Virus record (IMG/VR): IMGVR_UViG_3300032297_000199
Location: 18,345 to 82,344 of that record
Length of the DNA: 64,000 nucleotides
Source: a virus
Direction: 5' to 3' (one strand)
The notes beneath the pieces are model-generated. The model was not told the origin of the DNA. It searched no databases and was given only the letters and a program-made list of their open reading frames with translations. The position numbers were made by a program, and so were the translations under genes. Positions 49,574 through 60,500 of the stretch are shown in pieces. How positions within the stretch are numbered: the stretch's first letter is position 1; each line of letters starts with the position of its first letter.

Positions 49574-52444
49574 TTATACGCCTGTAAACTGGATCCAATA
49601 ATAGTTCAATCCGTCTTTAACCCACTGATATTCAACGCCAATGCTTGGATCAATCCAAAAGTCTCCGATATTATTTGTAGCTGTTGTTGGAGGTGTTAAC
49701 GAAATGCTAACCTTAGGAGCATACACTCTTAATCCATTGCTATAAATGTCACCGCCGACATGCAATTCTTGTCCGATTCCAACTCCACCTCCGACTACTA
49801 CTGCTCCAGTAGTTGTAGATCCAGAAGTAGTAATTGAAGTAACTGCTAAATCACCAGTAAATGTTAAGTTACCATTAACTTGTAAATCACTTTCGATAAG
49901 AGTTAAACTACCGCTAGGGTTAAGTGTTAAGTTACCGCTAATTGTTCCGATAGTACCTGACGCAAATAATAAAGAACCAACTTGAATACTTGTTGGCTGC
50001 AAAATAGCAGCATTAACACCGTCACTGATTGTTAAACTTTGAATAGGTCCTAGTTTAAAGTTAGCAGTACCAAAGTCAACATTACCGGTTCTTTGATTAA
50101 TACGGAACTGGTTTCCAACTCTAAAGTCTCCTATGTGGTCAACAGTTTGATAATAAATCTTGGCTCTGTTTAACTGTATAATTTCTTGACTTTGTATAGC
50201 TAGAGTAGGATCGTTTGATAGATCTTTACCTGAACCAATATAGCTCATATTAAAGGCAATGAGTTTAAAATCAATGCCTTCTCCGTCTCCATACGCACCG
50301 TAATTGCCATATACAGCCGCACTACCAATACTTCTTAATTCTGCACCAAACTGTCTATAATCAGCTAGTGTAATTTGTTTAGAACTTGCTACTACTGTGT
50401 CGTCAAATGCTCCAGCAGTAGAATATACATTTTGTGTTCCTAGGCCGTCATCTGAAAAAACTGTACCGCCATCACCGCCGTCACAATGTAAAAGTAAAAC
50501 TGTACTTGCATCGCTGTCAAATGATTTTATAGGAGGGGTAAAAGTAGTTGTATATCTATTCACACTACTTACGCGAACTTCATCTACATAACCTTTTAGA
50601 TACTTAGAGGGATCTAACCCGTCACCACCAATAGTCAAACTGTCACCGTTGGTTATATTGGCTACACTAGAAGTAGTTGCTTCTAATAATCCGTTATAGA
50701 ATATTCTATTGTTGTTACTGGCATCTCTACTCATAGCAACATGATGCCATGTTCCCGTACTTATTGAAGTAGTACCTGTGAAGATAGTGGTACCGTGACG
50801 ACCAGTTAATCTATTGGCTGCATTTATCCATAGTCCAAATTCTGTAGAAGCTACCGAGCCTTTATCAAAAATTTGTCTTATTCTGCCACTATCTTCTAAG
50901 AAAATAAATGCTTCAAGTGTGTACGGACTAGTTTCAAACTGAATATCAGTATTGTTAACAACTTCTAACAAATCACCTGCTGTAGTAAATCGTGCAGAAC
51001 CAGTTCCATATTTTCTTTGGAAACTGCTAATAGTTGTATTTCCGTAGACATTAACAATTTTACCAGGACGGTCAGCAGCTTCTTCAAATCCGCTGGCTTT
51101 TCCTTGCAGATAAAGATAATCATTATCAACTTCGTCAATAACTCCGCTGGCCAGTACAGTACCAGTTGAACCAATATAATATAAATTATGCCCAACTACA
51201 TAAGTTCCAGTATTATTAGATACTTTTAATCTAGTACGGCCAGCACCGCCCCATCCTAGCGTACCGCTTTCTCCGTGGAATGCTTTATCTGCAAAGTAAG
51301 CAAATGTGTTTAATGCTTCTAACTTAACTCCATTGGTTAAGTAGATTGATGTTGCGCCTGGAGTGATGAATGTGGCTTCGTTCACCAACAAAGCCGGCTG
51401 AATTGAATTAGTTGTTATATTAGCACCGTCAGCATATATTCCACCACCTGCATCGTTGCTGTCATAACCGTAAGGATCGCTTGCTGTTCTAACACTACCA
51501 CGAGTTAAAACTGTAAATCTTTCAATGTATGCGCTTCGTAAAACAGTAGTTACTGTTGATGCATATTTAAAAGCATAACCAGGCTTATAAAAATTACCAA
51601 CTGTAAAGTCACTAATCGTAGTTCCGCCGTTTATTAAGAATGCTGTTTGTGTATTGGTCGCTGTAGTCGGTTCTACAAATACTTCACGAAGTCCTGCTCC
51701 ACGAATACTAACACCTTCTGGAATTAACAAAGGAAATTCTTCAGTATAGTGCCCCGGTTCAATAAAAATAGTATGGCCGTCGGACGCCTGAGCGAGGGCA
51801 TGTTTGATGGTTCTAAATGCGCTTTCAGTTCTTCTACCGTCATTTGCGTCATTGCCAGCGCCGTCAGATACAAACCAAACATGGTCGTCATAATTTAATA
51901 GATCGACACCATTAACGAATGCACTACCGTTAACAAATAAATTATTTAAAGTTGCAGTACTTAAAATATTAAGATTGTTACTGTAAATATCATTCCAGTA
52001 ATTTGTACCGTTACCTAATTTATATAAATTAGCTGTCTTAGGTAAGATGTCAGATACAACTTCTGCACCAATGTATAGTGTATCAGTTCCAGTTTGGTTA
52101 CCTAGTTGAATATTGCCATCGGCTGTAATGTTGCCAACAGCATGAATGTTTCCGCCTACAAAAACATCTTGAACTACTGCAAGGCCGCCATCTACAATAA
52201 GTGCGCCTGTAGTAGTTGAAGTAGAATTAGTTTGATTGCCCGCTGTTAATGTGCTTAATACATTTACGCTACCGAATGCTGTAACTGTTCCGGTAAACGC
52301 TGAACGGCCACCGATATTAATATTCTCAGTGACTCCTAGTCCGCCATAGACTACGGCTGCGCCGGTGATTGTGCTTGTTGATGTAGCTGTTAGCCCGTTT
52401 AAAACCACAAGGCCATTCTTAACTACAAAGTTACTTTGTGCCAT
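49574..52444 (-). CDS. Appendage protein with beta-helix and LamG/ConA-like domain (956 aa)
   Basis: WFVS..GND.NDG....AFRTI..AL...IFI.PG.Y.E beta-helix cap; WHHVA.SR...GYVDEVRVS..RY...FTPP LamG-like pattern. Confidence 0.75.
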   Translation of the reverse strand: MAQSNFVVKNGLVVLNGLTATSTSTITGAAVVYGGLGVTENINIGGRSAFTGTVTAFGSVNVLSTLTAGNQTNSTSTTTGALIVDGGLAVVQDVFVGGNIHAVGNITADGNIQLGNQTGTDTLYIGAEVVSDILPKTANLYKLGNGTNYWNDIYSNNLNILSTATLNNLFVNGSAFVNGVDLLNYDDHVWFVSDGAGNDANDGRRTESAFRTIKHALAQASDGHTIFIEPGHYTEEFPLLIPEGVSIRGAGLREVFVEPTTATNTQTAFLINGGTTISDFTVGNFYKPGYAFKYASTVTTVLRSAYIERFTVLTRGSVRTASDPYGYDSNDAGGGIYADGANITTNSIQPALLVNEATFITPGATSIYLTNGVKLEALNTFAYFADKAFHGESGTLGWGGAGRTRLKVSNNTGTYVVGHNLYYIGSTGTVLASGVIDEVDNDYLYLQGKASGFEEAADRPGKIVNVYGNTTISSFQRKYGTGSARFTTAGDLLEVVNNTDIQFETSPYTLEAFIFLEDSGRIRQIFDKGSVASTEFGLWINAANRLTGRHGTTIFTGTTSISTGTWHHVAMSRDASNNNRIFYNGLLEATTSSVANITNGDSLTIGGDGLDPSKYLKGYVDEVRVSSVNRYTTTFTPPIKSFDSDASTVLLLHCDGGDGGTVFSDDGLGTQNVYSTAGAFDDTVVASSKQITLADYRQFGAELRSIGSAAVYGNYGAYGDGEGIDFKLIAFNMSYIGSGKDLSNDPTLAIQSQEIIQLNRAKIYYQTVDHIGDFRVGNQFRINQRTGNVDFGTANFKLGPIQSLTISDGVNAAILQPTSIQVGSLLFASGTIGTISGNLTLNPSGSLTLIESDLQVNGNLTFTGDLAVTSITTSGSTTTGAVVVGGGVGIGQELHVGGDIYSNGLRVYAPKVSISLTPPTTATNNIGDFWIDPSIGVEYQWVKDGLNYYWIQFTGV

Positions 52445-52505
52445 TCAGATTCCCTTTCCTCTTGACGGCTGGTCTTCGATATTTATGCTCAAACGAGTAG
52501 ATGTT

Positions 52506-52530
52506 AAAAAAGGACCTTTCGGTCCTTTTT
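52506..52530 (-). terminator. Intrinsic terminator
   Basis: AAAAAGGACC-GAAA-GGTCCTTTTT; TAAATA about 10 nt downstream. Confidence 0.85.
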
Positions 52531-55500
52531 ATGATGTAATTGCTAGTCTTAGTGCTTGTACTGCCATTGCAGTAGGCGAGTAATTAGGTGTAAATGTGAC
52601 TTGTATTAGTCCACCGTTATATACGGCGTTAAATTCTCCTAACTCTCCAGTGTTAGTTACAATACCGTATTGGCTAATATAAGAACCATTAGTCTGTTCG
52701 CTACCATCGTAAGTTACCATGATTTCAACTACATGGAATTTGTTAGGAACAAATCCAGTATCAGTAATTTGTACTAGATATTTTGCTGTCCTAAAAGATC
52801 CGCCATTGAAAGAGTCAATTGTAATCTGTCCATTTGATACAATTCCTGTAGTACTAGTTGACGCAATTTGGTTATCAACTACCTGTACAGTAGCTCCTTT
52901 AATTGTCCCGCCGGCTGTAATGTTTCCACCAACTCCAACTCCGCCTACAACTTGTAATGCACCTGTGTTTGTTGTACCGTTGTTGATCGAACCTGAACCA
53001 AACTTAACTTGACCATTAGATACCCATAGCGCATATCTGTTAGTAGCACTTGCTCCGCCGATAACCGCTGGGGCATCTTCAACAAACAATGTAGCAATGT
53101 TTTGCCAAGTAGGATTTAAAGTACCAACTAAGTTAGGCTTATTAATACTATGAATAACAGCATTACCTGCATTTACTCCGGTGCTGTTTAAATCAGTGTA
53201 TGTTGATGTTGATAATTGTAAGCCAGGACCGTTAACAGTCCACTTGCCTGCTTGCACATCGCCAACTCGCTTGATACTTCCGCCAACCCATAGGCCTTCG
53301 CCAATACCAACTCCACCCCAAACTTCTAATGCGCCTGTACCAGTTGTACTTGTTACAGTATTTTGTGATAGGATGTGCGTAGATTTATCAATCCATACAT
53401 CACCCCCAATGCCTACACCACCTGCAACAGTTAAATCACCATATGCTGTACCAGTTGACACAGTACCGCTATTGATACTAGCAGTGTCTACATTGATTCT
53501 TCTGGCATTAATTGTTTCTAAAACGCCTAAACCACCTTGTACAGTCAACGCACCGCTTGTTCTATCAATACTAGGAGTAGTTCCGTCAACTTGTAAAGTA
53601 TTTTTTACAGTTAAGTTTGTACCGACTCTTGCACTTTGTCCAATATCTAGTGTTTGGCCGATGTGTACATCACCGCCAATACCAACGCCACCGTCAACAA
53701 CTAATGCACCATCAGTAGATGTAAAGTTGCTAGTAGTGCTATAAATTCTAGTATTTTCTTGGACATTTAGTGCGCCACCTATGCCTACGCCACCACCTAC
53801 TACTAATGCGCCGGAGTATGTGTTAGATGATACATCAGTTGCCCAAACATAAGCAGAACCTGTTGATACAAATGTACCACCGACATTTAAGTTCTTACCA
53901 ATACCAACACCACCGCCAACAATAACTGCACCTGTATCAGTACTTTCTGATTCAGTTTGATTGCTAAAGAAGAATGTTGCTGTAAACTCTCCACCAATGT
54001 TACTATTAACAGTACCAGTAGTAAGAATCTGTGCGCCTGCGATATAACCTGCTTCACTTACTAACAAATATTTGGCGCCAATACCACCATTAGGTACTTG
54101 GATAGTGTTGTCAGTAATTGTGGTTAGACTCCACGCACCGTTAATGTAAGTAGAAGTCGAGTTTGGACCAAAGTAGCTAGATCCTCCGACGCTAATGCCG
54201 CCTGCAACTTGTAAAGCTCCGGTTAACGCACTGTTAGAATCGTCTGTATTATGTAATACTAACTTGCCTGCTTCTAGTGTAGCCCAAGAACCAGTTGTGT
54301 ATAGTTGGCTAACATCTGTCTTACCATTAGCATCTGGAAGAATGTCAGTCTTTAAAATAAAGTGTTGGTTAGTTTGTTCAATACCAACAAATGCTCTGTA
54401 ATCAGTTAAAGTATTAACTGCGTTTTGGTAGTGAATTAACAAGCCCTTGTCATAGACATCAGGAACTTGAAGCATTGTGCTGTCAACACCACCACCAATT
54501 TCAATTACAGGGTCAACAATATATGTGTTTGTACTGTTAACAACAACTTGTGTGCCTTGGCCTAATAGTAATAAGTCACCTTTAATAACTGCATTACCGT
54601 CTACAGATAAATCTCGTCCAATAGCAACACCACCAGCAACAACTAAAGCGTTTGTAGCAGTAGTTCCTGTTGAACTATCAGTTGCGCCAATAATTAAATT
54701 CTTTGTAATTCCAACGCCGCCGGTGACAACTAAAGGTGCTGCACTTTCAGAAAGAGCTGCTGAATCGTCGTCTACAACAATGTTAAAGGCATGTAAAGTC
54801 TGACCAATACCAACACCACCTTCTACAACTAACGCTCCAGAGTATGTGTTAGATGCATCAGTGCCGTTAGCTAGAAAAACTTGTCCAGCAATGTATGCAG
54901 AACCAGCAACTCCTATACCACCATTATTTGTAACTTGTAAACTATTACCTGCAACAGATGTTAAGTTTGCATCTCCAGAAACAAAGATGCCGTTCCTAGC
55001 ATATAAATCTTGGCCTACACCTAGACCGCCCTGTATTGTTAGAGCACCTGTTGATGTACTAACTGAATTTTCTGTGCTTTGGAATGTACCTGTAGTTTGA
55101 CCAACAAATCGGCCTCCTACATATAAATTACCGGCAATTCCTGCGCCGCCGTTGGGAATTTGTAAGGCGCCAGAACCTGTACTAATAGAATTGGTATTAG
55201 TTAAAATTCTAACTTCGTTAGGAAACTCAGCTACGCCAACATTCATCGTGGCTCTAGTTATAATTTCACTATTTTCGATGTAGTAGGTACCGTAGAAATT
55301 ACCGCCACCTACACCATAAATTCCGTTGCCAAAACTCAAACCACCTACAACTTGTAATGCTTGAGATGAAGTGGTACTTGTACTACCTTTTGTCTCGCCA
55401 ATGTATACAGTACCTGAAGTAATGTAGATAGAATATGGATTAACAATTGAAAGATTTGTACTTGCTGTGCTAGGTGCGCCGCTAATAAACAAACTAGCAG

Positions 55501-55813
55501 CATTGGTTAATGTAACATTTGTGTTAGTTGTATCAACTAACGAACTACCGAAGTAATTAATTGATGTCCAAGGTATTGTACCTACACCAGCAATGTCAGT
55601 ATAAACAGAGTTGTTTAATGTTAAAGCTGCACCTTGGCTAAAATCTGTTCCGCTTACTGCGCCTACTCGCGAAATATGGCCTTGAACATTTAAATTGCCA
55701 CCTATGCCGGCGCCGCCAGCGACAATTAAAGCACCGGTTGCCGTCGAGTCTGACTGTGCAGTCCCTTCTGCAACTATGCCTTGCTTGACAATAAAATCTT
55801 TATTCAATGCCAT
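52529..55813 (-). CDS. Fibre/appendage protein with TGALxVxGG repeats (1094 aa)
   Basis: Repeats as above; C-terminal domain paralogous to that of 55830-57593; AAGGA RBS. Confidence 0.8.
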   Translation of the reverse strand: MALNKDFIVKQGIVAEGTAQSDSTATGALIVAGGAGIGGNLNVQGHISRVGAVSGTDFSQGAALTLNNSVYTDIAGVGTIPWTSINYFGSSLVDTTNTNVTLTNAASLFISGAPSTASTNLSIVNPYSIYITSGTVYIGETKGSTSTTSSQALQVVGGLSFGNGIYGVGGGNFYGTYYIENSEIITRATMNVGVAEFPNEVRILTNTNSISTGSGALQIPNGGAGIAGNLYVGGRFVGQTTGTFQSTENSVSTSTGALTIQGGLGVGQDLYARNGIFVSGDANLTSVAGNSLQVTNNGGIGVAGSAYIAGQVFLANGTDASNTYSGALVVEGGVGIGQTLHAFNIVVDDDSAALSESAAPLVVTGGVGITKNLIIGATDSSTGTTATNALVVAGGVAIGRDLSVDGNAVIKGDLLLLGQGTQVVVNSTNTYIVDPVIEIGGGVDSTMLQVPDVYDKGLLIHYQNAVNTLTDYRAFVGIEQTNQHFILKTDILPDANGKTDVSQLYTTGSWATLEAGKLVLHNTDDSNSALTGALQVAGGISVGGSSYFGPNSTSTYINGAWSLTTITDNTIQVPNGGIGAKYLLVSEAGYIAGAQILTTGTVNSNIGGEFTATFFFSNQTESESTDTGAVIVGGGVGIGKNLNVGGTFVSTGSAYVWATDVSSNTYSGALVVGGGVGIGGALNVQENTRIYSTTSNFTSTDGALVVDGGVGIGGDVHIGQTLDIGQSARVGTNLTVKNTLQVDGTTPSIDRTSGALTVQGGLGVLETINARRINVDTASINSGTVSTGTAYGDLTVAGGVGIGGDVWIDKSTHILSQNTVTSTTGTGALEVWGGVGIGEGLWVGGSIKRVGDVQAGKWTVNGPGLQLSTSTYTDLNSTGVNAGNAVIHSINKPNLVGTLNPTWQNIATLFVEDAPAVIGGASATNRYALWVSNGQVKFGSGSINNGTTNTGALQVVGGVGVGGNITAGGTIKGATVQVVDNQIASTSTTGIVSNGQITIDSFNGGSFRTAKYLVQITDTGFVPNKFHVVEIMVTYDGSEQTNGSYISQYGIVTNTGELGEFNAVYNGGLIQVTFTPNYSPTAMAVQALRLAITS

Positions 55814-55829
55814 TTCTTATTCCTTAGTA

Positions 55830-57593
55830 TTACCTAGTTATGCTGGTTCTTTGAACTTTTACAGTTTTGTTACTTGGGCTAGCAGCTCTAAACAATAACC
55901 TAACTAAGCCATTGCCCCCGACATTGAAATCAACATCAAAACTGCCATTTACTCCCCCAGTGGTGATTATACCGTATTCTGATTTGTAAACATTACCTGC
56001 ATTATCGTTTAACACTACAATCTCCACTACATGAAACTTTGCTGTAGGTCCGGTTCCGTCTGTTACCTGAACTAAACTCTTTGCAGTTCTGTAACTTAAG
56101 GCGGGCCAACTGTCAACTACAGTAGTACTCGTGTTATTTATGCTGGTACTGCGAGTAAACAGTTGGGCATCCCCGTATTGGATACTGCCGTTAACCTGTA
56201 ATTTATCTACAAGATTGTCTGTTTGTTGGCCAACTAGTAAATTTCCAGTAGCTTTAACTAAAATTAATCTATATTGATTGTTTCTGTCGTCATATAATGT
56301 TAAGCTACCTTCCCTTAAACTTGTTCCGCCTTGACCTGCTGCGTTATTTCCGCCTACTGCCCATGTATAACTTTGTCCGTTAGTAGCTGTGTTACGCATA
56401 CGGAAGAATACACTGTCAACTGCTACGCGACTTTCTAGTGTTAGGCTCTTACCGCCGTAAATATTACCGCCAATTCCAACTCCTCCTAGTACTTTTAAAG
56501 CACCGGTCATTGTACTAAATGATTCTTCTATGTTAGCTACATAAAAAGGACTTGAAATTTCACCGCCATTCCATAACGGTGTTTCTAACGGAACTCCGTC
56601 TACATAAACTGCTCTGGCATAAACTGCACCGTTAACTCCTAGTCCGCCAGCTACTTGTAATGCACCAGTAAATGTAGATGTTGCAGAAGTTGCATCCATT
56701 ACTGTTACAGTACCAGTGGACACTATTTGTCCTCCAATATTAACATTTCCGCCAATACCTGCTCCGCCGGCAACAATTAATGCACCAGTATCTGTACTAA
56801 TACTTGTTTCTGTGCTTAACAGTCTTAGTTTATTTGCTTGAAATGTTCCAGTAGAATATAAGTTTGTAAAATATCCTACATCGGGAATTCTAGTTCCAAT
56901 AGGACTTGAATCAATAGTCTTTGCAAATAGGTCTTGAGTTAACCCATCTCCTACAATTTGATACCAATATAACGGATCTATGTTTAATTTTTGGCTAGTT
57001 GTCCAGTCCGTAAAAAAATATCGGCCAGGACTAACAGTACCTGTACTAACTGCTACAATAGCACCAGCAAGTTCTTGTGTGGTATCTGCATCTTTTGCTC
57101 GTGCCCAAGTTCCGTTAAATCCAATACCTAAGAAAGCAACAGTATAGACACCGTTTTGTGCTGGGTTAGTTTGATTTTTAACTAGCACCCTATCGTCTAA
57201 TTTTAAATCAACTCCGCTAACTTTGTTAGGTGCTCCGCCAACTAGTGTAACATTAGATGTAGTTGCAACTCTAACAGGTCCTTTAAAGGCTGTGTTTGCT
57301 TCTAGCGCAGGAATTACAACTGGTCCGTTAATATATAATGTACCTGTTCCTTGAGGATTGATAATAATATTGCCGTTAGGGATAATACTCTGTAAAAAAG
57401 TTGCAGTATTACTAAAAGTAAAATTTAATTTACCTAAAGTAGTTTGATAAGTCGTTTGACTATTAATAGTTGAAATTGTATAACCAGTTCCAGTAGTAGG
57501 AGAATTACCTAAAGCAGCCTGTGTCTGATTAAGTGTAATGTAACCGCTAGTAGAACTGGGGTTTTTAACTTTTCCGCTTAAAAGCAATGCCAT
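55830..57593 (-). CDS. Fibre/appendage protein (587 aa)
   Basis: VRVATT.N..L.G...DRVLVKNQT..AQNGVY head-fibre-like domain, TGAL repeats, YRTAK..VQ.TD...FHVVEI C-terminal domain. Confidence 0.8.
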   Translation of the reverse strand: MALLLSGKVKNPSSTSGYITLNQTQAALGNSPTTGTGYTISTINSQTTYQTTLGKLNFTFSNTATFLQSIIPNGNIIINPQGTGTLYINGPVVIPALEANTAFKGPVRVATTSNVTLVGGAPNKVSGVDLKLDDRVLVKNQTNPAQNGVYTVAFLGIGFNGTWARAKDADTTQELAGAIVAVSTGTVSPGRYFFTDWTTSQKLNIDPLYWYQIVGDGLTQDLFAKTIDSSPIGTRIPDVGYFTNLYSTGTFQANKLRLLSTETSISTDTGALIVAGGAGIGGNVNIGGQIVSTGTVTVMDATSATSTFTGALQVAGGLGVNGAVYARAVYVDGVPLETPLWNGGEISSPFYVANIEESFSTMTGALKVLGGVGIGGNIYGGKSLTLESRVAVDSVFFRMRNTATNGQSYTWAVGGNNAAGQGGTSLREGSLTLYDDRNNQYRLILVKATGNLLVGQQTDNLVDKLQVNGSIQYGDAQLFTRSTSINNTSTTVVDSWPALSYRTAKSLVQVTDGTGPTAKFHVVEIVVLNDNAGNVYKSEYGIITTGGVNGSFDVDFNVGGNGLVRLLFRAASPSNKTVKVQRTSITR

Positions 57594-57594
57594 A

Positions 57595-60500
57595 TTATGA
57601 TCCTACCACTAAAATAAACGGTGTCATTGTAGCATACAAACTCTTCTCAAAAGTTCGTCCTGCTAATACACCTGTACTCTGGCTAATAACTAAAGTTGGA
57701 CCAATTCGGAAGTCACCATTTTGGTCAGTTGATGTAAAGAATACCTTACCATTGTTCAACTGAACAGTTTCTTTTCCTTGGTCTGGGTCAGCAGTACCAA
57801 CCTGAGGTAAAGCACCGTACTGAGTTCCTGCTCCAACATATTCGAACAAGTACCCTGAAGCTGAAATATAACTCTGTTGATAGAAGTTAACACTACATCC
57901 ATCGATAAACAATGTTGGATTTGTTACATTTTGTTCTAGTTTCACAATATGATATTGACCTTTTCTTGAGAAATAACCATTGCCTGTATTTACTGACCTG
58001 TAATTTCCGCCATACACAATATCAAAGATTACTGCATCAATAATTGCTCCTGTATCTCTATAACATTTATTTTTATCATAGTTATACTCACCTGTAAATG
58101 TTTGATCAATGTATGCAATAACTTCTGCTTTAACAAATTCCTTATTTGCCATAATCATATTATATGCATTAATTTTATTTGTACTAGGCGTTGAAGTCCC
58201 GTCAATTGGTTCTGGAGTTGGAGCAACGCTTGGTCCATTATTAATAATGTTTGTAATTAGATCAACGCCTGCGTATGCAAGTGTAGTTTCGCTGCTACTT
58301 GCAATTGGCAAATTAACAACTTGTCTTTGTTTTCTTTGATAAGTTTTATTAACTGGAGTTCCTTGAATAATATTACCAATAATTTGTCTAATAAATTCAT
58401 AGGCAGCAGTAGTCTGAGGAATTTCATTTTCAATAGCAGTTGATTCACCGTCAAAGCCGTAGTAATAAACTCCTGCATGTACACTTTGACGATTTCCGCC
58501 GTGTGTTAAATCAAATCCAATGCAATCAATTACATATCCAATATCTCTCTTACATTTAACATCATCAAATGCCCAACCATCATTGTCTAAACTAATTCTA
58601 GCAACAACTTCATCTTCGATGAATGTTTTGTTAGCAACAAGAATATCAAATGAATCTAACAATCCTGTATCAGTTGTAATAAGTCCGTTTGGTACAATAA
58701 TGTCACTTACTCCACCTGTGCCATTTTCTAATATGTTAATAATTACACTCATATTAGAGTTAAGTAGAGTAGCTGCTTCTTGAGTACCTGTAGTTAAATT
58801 AACAACTTGTGTGGTTACATTTCCTGTTGATACAGACACTGTTTCATTTAGCACAATTTTCTCTACTATTTCTTTCATGTAACTGAAAGCATTTGTAGTC
58901 GTAGTAATTTCATTACTTATATCGCCAGTGTATCCACTTTGATTCCAATATTGTAATCCTGCAAATGCGCTTTGCGTATTACTATCATATAAGATATCCA
59001 TTGCAATACTATCTAAGATTAGTCCAGTATCTCGTTTGCATTTTGTCTTATCGTATAAGAATCCAGTATTGAATGTATTATTAATATATGCAATAGTTTC
59101 TGCTACAATGAAAGACCTGTTTGCATTTAGTAGTTTAGCACCATTTAATGTGCTTAAAGTTGCACTAGGTACTAGTCCAATTGAGCTAGGTTCAGGAGCA
59201 ACAGTAGGACCATTGCTAATAATATTAGTAATGATATCAATGTTGTTTCTTACATTTTCAACTTCAGTATCAGTTCCTGCTAGATATGTATAATTTACAT
59301 AGTTAACAATTTCTTCTTGAATAAATTCTCTGTTTGCTGCAAGAATACTTGCCGCACGACTTACATTTGTAGAAGTAGACCTTGCTTGACCTACTGGTAA
59401 CTGTGGTTGAGACGCTGTAGGACCGTTGTAAATAATTCCTGTTATTAAATCTACCATGTTACCTAACAAGTTACTTTCACTAACTGTTGCGGTAGCCAAA
59501 TTCTTAACTTGTGCAATAGTATTATTTGGAGAAACAACCACAGTTTGATTTGTAACAATGTCTGATAAGATATCTTTCAGTCTGTTATATGCTGCAATTG
59601 TTTGATCTCTTTCTCCCGGGATAGCAGATGCAGTATCTGAGAATCCGTAATAGTACACGCCACTTTGAATAGCTTGTCTATTTCCGCCGTATAAAATATC
59701 AAATGCAACACTATCAATTATGTATCCAACATCTCGATAGCATTTATCTCTATCAAACTCAAATACATATTTGTTGTTAATGTATGCAACAACCTCTGCT
59801 TTAATAAACTCTTTGTTAGATAACAATAACTGTGTAGCATTTAATCTACCTTCATCAGTTGTTTTTGTTAAACTAATAGGTTCTACACTAGTAATAGTCT
59901 GAGGACCGTCGTTAATAATACTATTAATTAAATTAATTTCGTCTGCAACAAAATCAACTTCAGCAGGAGTCGATGATGCGTCATTAATAACCTGAGTCAC
60001 ACTGGTTTGTGCAGGATTAGTAATTAGCGTATTTGTAATAATTTTCTGTGCAATTGTCTTAATATAATTAAATGCATCAGTCGTCTGTGGAACTTCAGTA
60101 GGAATTGCACTCGAATTAGAATTAAACGAGTAATAATAAACACCGCTAGTTATAGCTTGTCTATTACCTCCATACAACAAATCAAATGCAACACTGTCTA
60201 ACATGTATCCAGCATCTCTCAAACATTTGGCTTGATCATAATCAAAGCCAATTGGTTTAATACTTTCGACATAAGCAACTACTTCAGCTTGAATATATTC
60301 TCTGTTTGCTACTAATAAATCATAAGCAGTTTGTACAGTAGAAGTTGAGCTGGCAGTAGTACCTTCTGTAACTATTAAATCTGATACGCCTGCTGTACCG
60401 TTCAACAATATATCTGTAATTATTGTAAAATCTGCGCTAATGGATGCTGTTTCAAATACAGTCGCAGTAGTTGTAAAGACTGTCTGAGTTGCAGTGCTTT

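Noticed and set aside
44337-55898. Many plus-strand ORFs rich in P/T/V/A opposite the fibre genes
   Set aside because: Antisense shadows of Gly/Thr-rich repetitive codons, with no RBS or promoter support.
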